From NCBI GenBank assembly GCA_036172245.1, contig JAYWIR010000077.1:186001-250000 (forward strand): a DNA stretch of 64,000 bases. Reading direction: 5' to 3'. The position numbers and the translations under genes are program-made. Below the pieces are notes generated by a model that did no database searches, was not told where the DNA came from, and worked only from the letters and a program-made list of their open reading frames with translations. Numbering within the stretch: position 1 is the first letter of the stretch; each line of letters starts with the position of its first letter. This document shows, in pieces, positions 1-13,229 of this stretch. This stretch comes from Raillietiella orientalis. Lineage: Eukaryota.

Positions 1-2253
1 ATGCATTTAGTTTTATAAAATCGCTTTGCATCTAGCTGCTAATATACTAATTTTCAGTGCACACACTCCAAAATCATTTTCCCCAAGGATACATTAAGGG
101 CTCTGCATCCTTAGTCTGACTCTCAAGAAAAGGATCTGTATTAAATTCTAATGCTTAGGGTGTTATGAGTGACCATAGCAAATAATCCACGGTTGGAAAA
201 ACTGTGATTCATTTTCCATTTATTTTCAACATGTGTGCGAGGGAGAAAAAGGATCCTTTTCACAATGAAGTGTATATCTAATAGAAATGAAAACTCGGAA
301 TTTTCATTGCAGATATGCATATCTGATCATACTGTTTACTGATCAGTAACTTTCATTTCTATTCAGAAGGCATTAAAAATCATTACTTAGCAAAAACAGT
401 AAACAGCAAATGAATCCTCTGCTTCCAACAACAACAAAAAATTAAGCAGCATTTTTTCGGAGTATGGACATATGATTCAGATTAAGCTCACCCTCTCCTC
501 CCTATTTGGATGAAATAAAAGCTGAAATAGAGTGGAAGTGTAAATTAGCTTCTCTTTGCTCACAGACAAGATATGCCCCAATGTTGGTGATGAATCATCA
601 AACTCAAGCATAAAACAGGTTGCACAAAACTGTAAAGTGCTCCCCTTAAAAAAAAAAAAATATAAAACAAAGATCTAGACTGCCATGCATTTCACTAGAT
701 ACCAAAAAATGCTCACTTTGAATACATTTGCAATAGTGAAGCTCTCCCATTTTCTAGATGATGCTTCAGAATGTGTAAAGCCACCTAATAAAAGGGTAAG
801 TAGATATCTTATAGGAGACCTAAGACTAATGGTAATAAGTGGACAATGAGCCACTGCAGCATGAACTACATTTGTTTAAAAGAATTCATTTTGACAGAAA
901 AGATTATTTTATTGCAACACAGTAAAAACAATGTTATGAGCTGTTAATAAATATGCATTCAGTGAAAAGGAATTTTTGTAAAATCATTTTCAAGGCGTTA
1001 GAAGCAACATTTCCGACTATGCCACCTGCAGGCCCTCAAATATTCGTCTTTGGAAAACTGTATCAAAATATTTGAGTTTTCAAACTCAAATTAATGCAAA
1101 TAAGAGAAAAGTCTAAAATCTATTCATTGATATCACGAAAATGACTACATCCAGAACAGAAGCCAACATTATCAACATTTCGGGAAAATTGTTAAAATGC
1201 TCTTTTTACCACAGAATATTAGACATTATTCAAGTGATCATGTTGTCCATGTACATGCTTGTTTAGTCAGTTTTGTATGGACTTGCTTCTATACCTTGAA
1301 ACAGACACATACTGCAAGTAAAATTATTAGTTAATGGAAATATTGCTTGTCGAACCTCACATTATTCTCGAATCGCAGTTTTTCAAAGAACTTCATCATA
1401 CTTTTTATATATGTATCCCATTCTCCAAAGAAACCAATGCTATAGTGTAGCATTTAGCTATTTGAATATGGGAAAGCACTGGAAAAGTTTAATTCAAACA
1501 ATGGATGTAACGTGTGCTGTGACCAGCTAACATATATTCATGTATAGTTTGATTGCATACCGAATCTTAATATGGTGTCATGGAAGCAATTACACAGAAA
1601 ATTTTGACTGGTGACGTTTCGAATCAGTTTTGAAATGCTGTCAGTAAAGATGCAAATTTATGCTTCAGCTTTTACATGAGCTAATGAATGTCCTCCTGAC
1701 AAATTTCTAGGATTCCAGGATTTTTTTGTTTATTAATATCCTTGTTCAAAAAGTAATGAGAATAAATAATAACCGCTATAAAATTATGTAGACCTGAAGC
1801 TTACAGAGAGAAACTAACTTACTACAAAGAAAAGTGGAACAAAAGAATATCCATTAAATGAATACTTACAAAATGTATAAGTTTCTACTGAGATACGCAA
1901 TTATTTCAGACTGAGAAGAATTCCGAATTTCAGGCAATTCAAATACTCAAACTGAATTGGTTTTTTAATAGCCTGTGACCTTTCTGACAAATTTCTAGGA
2001 TTCAAAACTGACTAATCATCTGAGCATTATGCAATGTTTTTTTGCTAGGCAAGTTTTCTAAGTTTCTTCTTCCTTTTATTCGCGCACAACAAAAAAAATC
2101 ATTATTCACTCATAACATCAATGATGAATTAAAATTGATCCACACGGCAAATGCAGACATCACCTCCGGATACAAAAATTAAAACGTGCTAATTTTCAAA
2201 TTACCATTTCCTGTATTGCCAAAGTGATTTTACCGAGTCTTCAAAGTCTACGC

Positions 2254-2540
2254 GAGAGTTTCCCAAACTATGTTCTACGGATAGTCAATAAGTGTTCTGC
2301 GAAGAATTATGAAAATTAATATATTTTAAAGCCTATTAAGTTGATTTTACTAATTTCATGTGTTTTGTTTTACATAATTAAAATTTGAGAGTAAGTGTTT
2401 GTTTCGTTTTCTTAGCTCTTATATTTACTTGCTTGATTTATCATGAATATCTATCTACCCTTGAAAACAACCAAGGTATTTGGTTAAAATTTCAGGATTT
2501 GTGAAGTGTTCCCTCACAGGGAAAGTGTTGAGGAACGCCG
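2254..2540. mobile_element. Old non-autonomous hAT (Charlie/Buster-type) MITE
   Basis: Termini GAGAGTTTCCCAAAC... and ...TGTTGAGGAACGCCG resemble CAGTGTTTCCCAAAC-type TIRs. Flanks GTCTACGC / GTTTAGAG both fit nnnTAnnn but match each other poorly. Confidence 0.5.
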
Positions 2541-4569
2541 GTTTAGAGGATTGGTGTTCCATGCTACCAGGAAGACCATACGCTTTGCTCATCAGCAATT
2601 TCTTCCAAGTAGCAATGCACTACTATGGTTGCTTACTACTGAATTAATGCCGCACTGCATTGATTTCTCAAATTTCGTTATCAAATATTATCACACTAGA
2701 TTAATATACGCAGAAGTAGGAATAAGTAGAAGCATGAAATCTTTAGGCTTCTCCTTTCACAGTGTTGTCCGAAAACTTGTTATATACATGCCAAAATTTC
2801 TTTCAAATACCGAAATTATCAATTCAACATGGAAATTGCTAATGAAGATTTCAAAAGTATGGAATTAAAAACAACTACAAGAACTGTTCAAATGGGGTAT
2901 TACGTATCGTTGCATATTTGTCTGAGCGCAGCGGTGGAATAGATTTTTCCGCAAGGTTTTCAATTCAAGTCTTAAAGAAACTCCAGAATGAATGTGTTCC
3001 TGAATTAAGTTCCCACGAAACTGCCATAGTCAGTATGTTTAAAATCAAATTCACTTATCTCCAAAAGCATTTGAACGTCATATCACGTAAATTTGTTTAA
3101 AACAGCTGCAGGGACATGCATCAAAAGGCAAATGTTAGCAAACCATGAGAGCATATTTTGTGGTGCTTTCATTGGTATATTTTCATCATCTAAATTTCAG
3201 ATACCTGGAACAATCAATCTTCTATAGTGGTAATTGGCCTACAGGTTTCGATTTTATTGTATTAGAATTTTTTTATTTGGCACAATCTGCAGTTGACATC
3301 ACTACATAATCACAAGCATGTTTGCAAGTCGTAGGAAATTATTACTTCATAAGCATGGCATAGAACTTTAATTTAAATTTGAATTATTTTCATGCAGCGA
3401 AGGCATCAAAACCCATGGAACAGTGTGAGCCCTCAATATCAAGTCAAAGAACCATGAATGCTTCATTTTGGAGTTGAGTAGTTATTTATTAAGATTTTAT
3501 CAGCAGCAAAAAACATCATCCCCATTCTATTTGTAAAGACTCTATTGCTGTATTTTTATCCGCTAGATTACTTCCGACTCCATCTATGGTTATTTTTGCA
3601 ATTATTTTGTCATGATGACCTTTCCGTATTAACTTCAAAGAAATCTAAATTCTAATTCCTATTACATACTGATTTGGCATTGCTTCACCAATGCACAAGT
3701 GTTAATATAACTGGTCTTCAATATTTAATCTGGATTTTATTCCAGCTGAAAATTTTTTTGAGTGACCTTTTTACTTACTGATATTGTAATATCAGTTTAT
3801 GATAAATGGAGAATCTCCTTAGCCATTAATGATTGAAAAATGAATAACATTGGTGCATTAAGGCAGTCAGTGTTACTATTTCCTCATTAGGTTAAGAAAT
3901 ATGCTTGAATCCATGAATAAATGACATGCATGCAAATTGACACACACATTGGAGGTGAGTCTGATACCAGTATGTAGAGCTATCATATTAAAGCTAACAT
4001 TCATCATTTCAACAAACCATTGTGGAAAACAAAATTTAGCACAGGCAATTATAATTCTTAATAATCATAATAGAAATGGTAGCCAAAACATTCTAAATAT
4101 TATTTCCAGCACAGGAAAATGAACAGCACAACATCTAAGTTTCAGCTGTTCACAAGACATGACAGTTTATTAATATCTAAAATATCAAAGCACCATTAAG
4201 ATTAATATGCAAACAGATTTTGCTTTGTATATTATATATCAACTAAAAGAAACAGACATACACAAAAACAAAGCTAAGATAACAAAAGGAAGAATAAAAT
4301 AAACAAGTTACACCCACACTTAAATACTGAATTTCTTCACTTTATTGACTGGAATGATATATGTTTAAAGAAATTCACAGATGTCAGTATGATGAAAAAA
4401 TATGACAGAACACAAACACTGCCAGACTATTCTTCTTTGCTGATACTGCTTTTGAAAGTAAGCTTACTATTAATAATAGAAAAAAATTTCCTTACATTTC
4501 TTTTGTAGGCTGTCAGTGTAAAAAAAAAATTATCACATTATTTTCAAGGAAAGCAAAGCAAGCATTCAG

Positions 4570-5468
4570 CTAGACAGAGGAACACTGCTTAGCACATTTG
4601 GATATCATTTCCTGTAACTTTCCATTCTGTAAAAGATCTTCTGTCTCAGAAGCCCCACCAACAAATGAACCATTCACAAAAACCTTTGGAACCTACATTA
4701 TTTTCAGGCGGTCACATTTCAAAAAGTCTAGTTTAATTTACTCACTGATTTTTTTCCTGTTATATGTGTTAAAATTTCATGGTACAGAGATGCTTTTAAT
4801 TCTTCCATTTCATTGATTTCAATAACTCTTATAGTTTGTTGCAATTCTGCAAATATCTATTCAAAGAGAAATGTGAAGACAAGACGGAAAGATAAACTTT
4901 AAATACAAAATGGAGATGCAGATAAACAAGTATTCAGCATGCGGCTATTTAATTAGTATCAATAATACAACCATGAGGTATTCTCTAGACAATTGTTTTC
5001 TTGATCTTTGGGAAACATAATATAATTTAAATACGAATATACCTTTGTATAATTTTTAACAAGAATTTGTTGCAACAAATGAAATAAAACGACACAGGGA
5101 GCACTTACATAATAACGTGCCGTAACAAGTTAGATAAGTATTTTTTTTCTTCAATGTTACAGATATATATACATGGGGCATAATATTTGCACAACTTTCA
5201 CATCAAACAAACAAAAAAAAGGCCACAAACTGCCATTCTGCATGCACATGTTGTATAAAGCAATGGAATAAATTACTTTTTTCACATCGTAACAGAACGG
5301 GCAGGAAGTTTTCGAGAATATGGTAACGCAATTATGCTGCACCAAGTTCTTGATATCGTCCGTATATTTTTTACGCAGTCGTTTGTATTCCAGGACATCT
5401 TCGTCGTTAATATAGTCGAGATCTTTAATTTTTCTTGATTCAAACACTGAAGAAAAGCTTTGTCCCAT
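4570..5468 (-). CDS. Dithiol glutaredoxin (class I, CPFC), 3 exons: 5468-5277, 4856-4746, 4692-4570; 141 aa
   Basis: Exon 1 reads MGQSFSS...VTIFSKTSCPFCYDVKK|gtaatt. Exon 2 reads tag|IFAELQQTIRVIEINEMEELKASLYHEILTHITGKKS|gtgagt. Exon 3 reads tag|VPKVFVNGSFVGGASETEDLLQNGKLQEMISKCAKQCSSV*. All junctions are phase 0 GT-AG. The CxxC, (T/S)VP and GG glutathione-binding motifs are present. AATAAA on the minus strand at 4341-4346. Confidence 0.93.
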
Positions 5469-7967
5469 CTTAACACTAAAATTTGGAAAAGTTCACGGAA
5501 AATGATTTAAAAAATTCCTACGATTTCTGAAGCCATAATTTTATAATGTTCTATCAAAAGATACCACAACATTTTGCCACGCAAACTTTGATATCCATTC
5601 ATAATAACCGGTATGATCTTTGAATATGAAGATTTGCTAATATGTGTACCATTGAAGGATCATGGCATGATATAAGAAAGAACTGCCATTTTAAATAACT
5701 AAATACAGTACAATAACTAAATATTATCTTGATTGCAAGTGGGTTTCGGAATAGCAATGTACACCAGAAGCATACCTCATAAGGAAAAAATATGTCGGCA
5801 TGTGACACACTAATCAAAAGATGCTGAACATATAAAGATACATACATTAAGATTGGTACAGTTTCGATATATACAGATATAAATAAATAGACTCTATTCA
5901 TTTTCACCCAATTTGGCAATTCTTGTCTACCATACCGTATATCTTTTATCCAAAAGATCATTAAACACTTGATACCTGATAATAAATTTAAAGGAGTAGA
6001 AAAACTGATTCATTACCTGCAGCTTCACTTCGATCCTTCGATACGGAAAGATTCGATCAATCTGGATACCAAATAGAAGATTTTGCTGGACCTAAGTAAA
6101 TTAGTGCACTTCCCCAGACGCCAGCAAGGATTGGCTGGTCTTAGGGAGAATAATGATTGAGAGAATCTTTAAAACAAAGTTCAATTGATGTTCTAAAGTA
6201 CAGATAAAGAGGTTCTCTGTTTTTAGTTAACCCAATATGTACAGACCAGATAGTATTCCTATGAGTAATCAACTTTTTTAGCAAAACACTTATCTAAAAA
6301 AATGGATTTGTATGGGTAACGCTTAGATAAAATCCAAAAAACTTCAAAATTTGGAAATCTCTACATAAAAGTCAAGATGAGACTCCAAATTGAAATAGTT
6401 TCAGAAATTTTGGGTATAAACTTATCGATGCATATAATCGTAGAATTTGCTGATATGTTTGCAAAGCAAATAAGAAGCTCAGAAACTAATTAAAATGCAC
6501 TATAATAAAAGTAGTATAGAGTAAAAGTTGTTTGGAAACAATGAACACATTATTTGAAGCAAGTATTTCAAAGCGAGAGATGGAAAAGGAAGAAATTAGA
6601 GAGCAGAAAATTTTAAAAATGCTCTGAAAAAACTAAAAAGTAAACAGAAGACTATATACGAAAGCATACAATACAAAATGTGGAAGTATACTGGAATCTA
6701 GGTTTTCTATTCAGATTCAGAAAATCATTTGTTTGTAATATTCTCTGTAGCCTTAAATGCATAAAGTTTTCATTTCATTTATTTTTTGTTCTGCAGATGG
6801 ATAATCAGCCTCTTGTGATACCTTGCAGAAACGTAGCAAAGGATGGTTTGAATGAACTATATGACTGTATCATATATTTTAATTTATTCGTTTTTGCTTG
6901 TGGATTATAAAAACAATAGATATATAAAAACCAGCTTTAAAACTTCAAAATAACTGCAATTATTAGTTTGAAAGCATATTGAGGAAATAGCTATGCCCTT
7001 GTTGCGGTATGGTTATATTGAAATAAGTTCCTAGTTATTGCTATTATAACTGCCAAATTGATGAACAAAATACTGAAATTCAGACTACCAGCAGATAAAC
7101 TGAAGTGAGTGCATTAAGCAAGAGATGTTCTTGAAATGCTCATGATAAGTCAGACGTTGTGAGGATAAAATGCTCAAAAGAAAAGATCTAAGAAACTATT
7201 TACCGATTATGAGGAAAAAATCAGCAGTTAACCTATGAAAAAGTCTATTAAAACATGTAATGACACTGTGAGGCTTTTGATAAAACACTAACTATAAACT
7301 GAAAGCAATCCAGCTCCCTCGTACAAATAATTAACCTAGTAGAGGCATTAATAAATAACCAGCCAGACAACGGAGCAGATTTCAAGATTAGAGAGATAAG
7401 AGCATCTGTGTAGTTTTTTTAATCCTGTGGAAGTTAAAAGCCTTAGTCCGATCACATCTTTCCCCAATCACAATTTTGAGTTTCAAGATTGAAGAACTCG
7501 TAAAATGTGTTCTAGCTACACATCTAACTGTGAAAAATGGTTATTCATAATTTCACGCTTTGTTGAATATAGTTCCGATGGTTCCGGACCATAATCAAAA
7601 TGCCCTCCCCAGACAAGAAATTGCAAGAATTTAAGGCAACCTTTTTGCTTCCTTTGTAACTGAAATTAATGTCTGTTGATGGAAGCTATTCTAATTGCTT
7701 GTTTACAACTAAAGTGCAACTCGAAATGATCTGAACCAATTTTGTTTTCTTTGATTTAGGCTTTTTTTCTCTGGTCTGGTTTCCTCTTCATCACCTTTTC
7801 ACGCTCTGCGAGAATTGAAAATTCTCATTCCGATGTTAGATGCCTAAAAAATGCAGTAATAGACAAAAATGGATTTCAAGATGACGTTTGAAATCAAATG
7901 CTAACTATGCTCGGTTAACTAAAATAAATGCTTTGCTTAGTGCTTGGCTAAAAGCACAAGATTCTGA

Positions 7968-8262
7968 AGCGTCCCTTCTGGGTTTTCTTCAGAGTGAACA
8001 GGAGCGAATCCCTTTCGGGGGATCCCTCCGGAAAATAAATTCCAGGATCGGATCCTTTCCGGGTTCCCTTCAGAGAGGAAAGAATGCAGCGGACCCCCGG
8101 GGGTCCTCCGGAGAGAATAAGGAAAAAGGATTTACTTCTGGATTCCCCTTCGGAGACAACCAGGGTGGAGGTGATCTCCGGGGATCTCTCCCCAGGCGTG
8201 AGAGGAACGGACTCCGAGTCCTTCCTGGATTCATAGGGCGGACCTTTCCTGGGGTACCCCCT
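7968..8262. repeat. Degenerate palindromic minisatellite, about 8 units of 35-45 bp
   Basis: Recurring core (G)CGGATCCyTTyCGGGkTCCCTCCGGA separated by purine-rich linkers, GC-rich within AT-rich flanks. Homologous to 43170-43380. Confidence 0.75.
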
Positions 8263-11200
8263 ATCTTGAAGAATTACCCACCGGGTGGCGTGGAACTGTG
8301 TCGAAGAACTGCGAAGACAGAAAAGAATGATTTCCATCGTCACTATATTCAAAACTACGGAATCACCGTTGTAGAATTACTTTTCTTAAGAACGTGAATC
8401 TCGCAGAATTTCATTTGCTTAGGAAATAGTACAAAAATGAATTTTGTAAGATAGGTATAAAGAACTATAGTATAAATCACGAATATTTCCAGCACCAAAT
8501 AATTTGTACCTCAGTCAACTTTGGCTGGACTTCCACATTAGATTGCCTCTCAGTAAAGGTATCCAATGTCAGTGAAACTACGTTTAGACAAGAAATGCAC
8601 CCACGACATTAGAAAAAATTGGAAAACATATCTATCGTATGGACAATAAGGGCTTGATGTCCAAAATTTAGAGATTTGTTTTATATGTGGACATGTGTAG
8701 ATTTGGTACGTGTTTTATTTGTAGTATTATGCTGTTTGAATCAATAGAACATATATCTAGCTTCAATCTGAGTGTTCGTGCAATTTTGTTGCTCCCATAC
8801 TCTGGTGTTCGAAATCTAGGATTCCGTTTTCCATATTAGTACCCCGAATTGAAATGCTTTCTTTAAATGTAGTTTTTGTAAATTTATCTTCGTGAATGGT
8901 TGTGTACATTTAATTTCATGATGCAAAAATTGAACAAATTTTGCAATACCATTTGCTCTTGCTACCCCTGCCACTTTTTAAAGAAATTTGTACAAATTTC
9001 CAGAGTCGAAAGACCGTGGGGTTTACGATCACAAAATTACAATAACTGACCGTCAGTTTTAAGGTGTTAATTTAGATAAATTTAGTAATTTTTTGACTAA
9101 AAATCATCAAGCTGATATTTGATCATGCAATCAGTACTCCGGATTGTGACTGTGGAGTTTATAGAATTCCTTTCGCCAGATTTTCTAAGGACTGATCGGT
9201 CAAAAGTAGATTCGACTGAAAACGAATAAATGGATTCAATCCAATTGAAGGTATGTTAAGGGCAGCATACAAATTATAAAACCACGGCATGAAATCATGT
9301 TAAGTAATACTCGGAATCCATATGTTTTTTTTTTTTTAAAAAGAAATTCTGGATGACCTTCAGCCGAATAATTATTTTTGTATAAATATAGGATTTGAAT
9401 TTCTCATTCTGCTATATATATATTTTTTTCCAATCTAGCAAGTTTCTTGAAATTTTCAATGTCCATACTACCAAACAAAACTGCTAACATCTGCAACTGA
9501 ACCTATTTCTGACACCTTAAAGACTTCGTGTACAGCTTTTTAGGTTTAGTATTGGGTGTAGAGCACTTCAAGTTATAATCTGATTTGAATGTGCATCAGC
9601 GTTATCTCACAGTTCGAACCAGATCTGATCCCTTGGGAATCCAATTTGTAGTTTGTATCCACTACTCGTTTGCTTTAGCACTTTCTTATAGTACGCAAGA
9701 GTAGTCTGCAGTGCAACCGTCATTTAAAGAAGACTTCAGTAAGGCTGCAGTAAGTTTCCTTTTCCTTTGAAAGCAAATCAGTTTCTCTTGAAATCCTGGA
9801 ATCTGTCTTTTGTCAACCATTGCACCATGAGATAGGTGTCCGAGAACAAAAGACTCCGGAATATATAACGAACAGCTTTTTATTGCTCCTTAGAGGACAA
9901 TTAGCAAGCCTCGTACTCTTTCCATGCCCTGATTTGTGTATGATGCAAATATAAGGCAACTCAATAGAAGTTCTAAATTGCCAAAGAGTATTTATCATAA
10001 ATTAAAATCACCGAATGCCAATTTATGTTTTACGAGAATGAGTAAGGTAACAAAAACAAAACAGAATCATCGTTTTAATTTTGTATCGTAGTTTCGCATG
10101 GTTAATCACTGAATACGAGTCCGAGGGCAGAAAGAAAAAAAAAAAATCGGAAGCGACCACCTCTCCAGCCCGGCCCCCGAGCTCTTCCGCAACATCAAGC
10201 GCGTCCTTCTGCGGACGGCGACCTCGGGCGCGGAGGAGCTGTGCCCATGCTGAACCACGAAAGCTTCCTGCAATTTCTGCCGGCGTATGCCATTTAACTA
10301 AAAATCGAACTCGAAATCATTATTTGGTTGGAACTAGATCATCTGAAAGATCGGACTGGGATTTTCACTACGCATCATTGTATAACTGATCCCTACATGA
10401 TCCCTGCTCAGCGATGATGCTCGTACTTCTTCTCTTTGGTCTCGTATAAAGAAAACCAGAAATTCGTATAAAGGGTAACACTATCGTCTCAGTACATACA
10501 CATCACTCTTGCCTCCTTTATATTCCTCATGGAACATGCCCTTTTTTCCTTGGTTGAAGAAATCGTGTGAGGTCAGCACACTAGCAAAGAACCATGCAAT
10601 ACAAATCCTTCATTAGAGACCTTTATGGATCCTAACAAGCTGCATCCATACCTGTGCATCTCTTCTGAAACGATCTCGAAATTCGACTTGTCTTATGCGA
10701 TTGGTGCTGTATTCGAAGTAAGTCTTGATTAAAGACCACCTATCCATTTCTTTTAGATCACTTGTATATTTTCGTAAAGCTGAGACTGTAGTCACTTCCA
10801 GAAGGCAGATGGTCACATTTAGGAATTAGTCTGAACTTTCAAACGATTACCATACTTACAATCATCATCATCATGATGAAGTTTCCTTTGCGTTTTCGAC
10901 AGTGTTACCACTGTCGCAACGCTTGCTTGCACTCGTAGTTGCCTCAGTCGAGTCGGTCAGCTTTGCTGACGTAACTACGAGTGACCACTAGAGATTTATT
11001 GCAAACAATGGAAGTAGCTTAGTAGAAGTTAATTTTGGCAATTTCAATGCCTTGTTTGTATTTTCTCATGAATTTAGGTATTTCGATTTTATGAAGTGGG
11101 CTGACAGAAACGCAAGCTTCATTTACAACACGATATCTTTAGGAAATGAAGGTTCGACTTGCGATGGTCATCCAGGAATCATTAGATTGTAATACCTCAA

Positions 11201-13229
11201 TATCCTTTTGCAGTAGAGTATCACTGTAACATTCTAGAATATATCCACTGCTTTCTGTGATATCTTGCTAGTTTCTCCGTTATTGTTCTTTAGTCTATAT
11301 TTGTTTTCAGTGCTTTGTAGAACTATGGATACACACGACTAGGTCGAGTCCAAAGGTAAGGCAAGTGTCAAAATGCCACGCTCATTTATCTTGCTTTTCA
11401 GTTTGCATTTATCTATACACGGAAGGGGTGTTTGGAAAATGCCAAAAAAAAAGCCATCACTGCTAAGGACAAGGCCACGGCCGAGAATTTTTAGACATAC
11501 TGAAATTTGTATATCAACAAGAGCTAAGAATGGAATCTTGTACAAGTAAAAGACTGTACTGGGGAGTATTTCATGATGCTGAAAGGTTGTACGAGAAATT
11601 TTCAAATATTTAACCTGATTTCAGCGTTTATCAATTAAAGTCTCAACACAGATGGTGAAATCGACTCCTTTTTGACGATTCAGTGTCACTTCTAAACCCG
11701 AGTTCTTGAAAATCAGGGAAGTGAAAATCTTGAAAATCTTGAAAAGAAGTGCTACTTTATTCAGCAGTCATCGGTAAAGACCTAAACGTGCTTATAGAAT
11801 GGTGTATGAGTAATTACAAAACAATATGAAGAGCCACAAATCACTGATATTAATATGTCTTTCTAAGAATTTGTCACATCTTTTGTAAAAAGATGTTTAC
11901 AAAGATACACTCAATGGCAATAAGTAATGGCATTAGTTTTTGCTAATAGCTAAGATAGTAAAAATATGCATTGATATTGTTTTAGATACAAGATACAAAA
12001 TCACTGTTCTGATTAACCACACTACTGCAAAAATGATCCAAGAGACTGAGATGCTGCTGGAATTACGTAAATTAATGTAACTTTAATAAACAGTTTCGAA
12101 GAAAGCATCCAGAAGTTTCACGGCTATGCCTAAATGTTGCAAATGGAACAATTCAAAATAAATACATTCGTGGATACTCTCAATTTCTCCTTGATAAATT
12201 ACTTAAAAAAATTATTTGTACTAATGGACAGTTTTTAGACGTCAGCACGCTATTATCTAAGATGGAACTCTGTGATCACAAAAGACTGCCTCTCATCGAT
12301 AATTTCGTTGGAAAAAAAAAAAACAAGACAAACTGTTTCTTCCTTTAACATCTTATAGGTGGGCCATGAATGCTCTATAAAATCTGATTAGGGGTAGTAT
12401 AATGAAGGTAATGAATAGCAAAGGCAACCCCTCTGGTGAAATGGAAATTTTTCTTGTAGACAAACTTTTCTCAACTCAGGTTTCGAAATTTTCCGTTAAT
12501 TCCCCTCCACAGTTTCAATCATTTTGTGTTTTGAGTTGGATATTTTCATTTTCACATTTGAAATATTCCGAATAGGAAATTGTGAAATTCTTCAACGGAA
12601 ACCTTTTTTTTAATGGTCAACCATGCATTGAAGAACAGACTGCTATTTGCATTCAGGGAAAAGTGGCTCCCCTCAAATGATATTGCTGAGCCTACATCAC
12701 CTGCTCAGAAGCCAATGTAACCGTTGTAATCTTAATGTAATCTTGGCTGTAAGAATTTCAAATCGAGATATTTTTGCACCTCTTCTACATTTCACAGGTA
12801 ACGACATCATTGCTGCCAGTCGCACGCGAGTCCTTTTTTGCTTTTCCTCAAATACTGGAATCGGTTTGCATAGAGGATAGAAGGAAGACTTGAACCACGC
12901 TTCTTAGTTCTCCAAAAAGAAAAAAAGAAAACAATAGAGAGAAAAAAGGAGAAAGATGGCAAGCTGTTTCACCTGGGCTGTGCACACTTTCCGAGGCTGT
13001 ATCCGTTTATAGGTATGCAAATCCTGATCATGACTGGATTATGCAATGGTAGCATCTGTTCATATCGAGATAAGTATCAGTTGGTTTCGTGGAAACTTTC
13101 GAAAACTACATGCAGAGAGGAAACTGCTGAGAACACTTCATTCTGCTTCCGCGCAGCAAACGAAACATTTTTCTCTTGACACTCTATAATATTTCATTTT
13201 ATTAAACAAAACAGATTACTTGGAGTGAT

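Noticed and set aside
5157..5276. C-terminal part of the 103-aa glutaredoxin ORF
   Set aside because: Intronic; the donor at 5276 and downstream exons supply the missing motifs.
7968..8262. CRISPR-like appearance (palindromic repeats with variable spacers); ORFs 7888-8397 and 7948-8352
   Set aside because: Repeats are too degenerate, linkers are short and shared with the second copy, there are no cas genes and the context is eukaryotic. The ORFs result from GC-rich repeat sequence.
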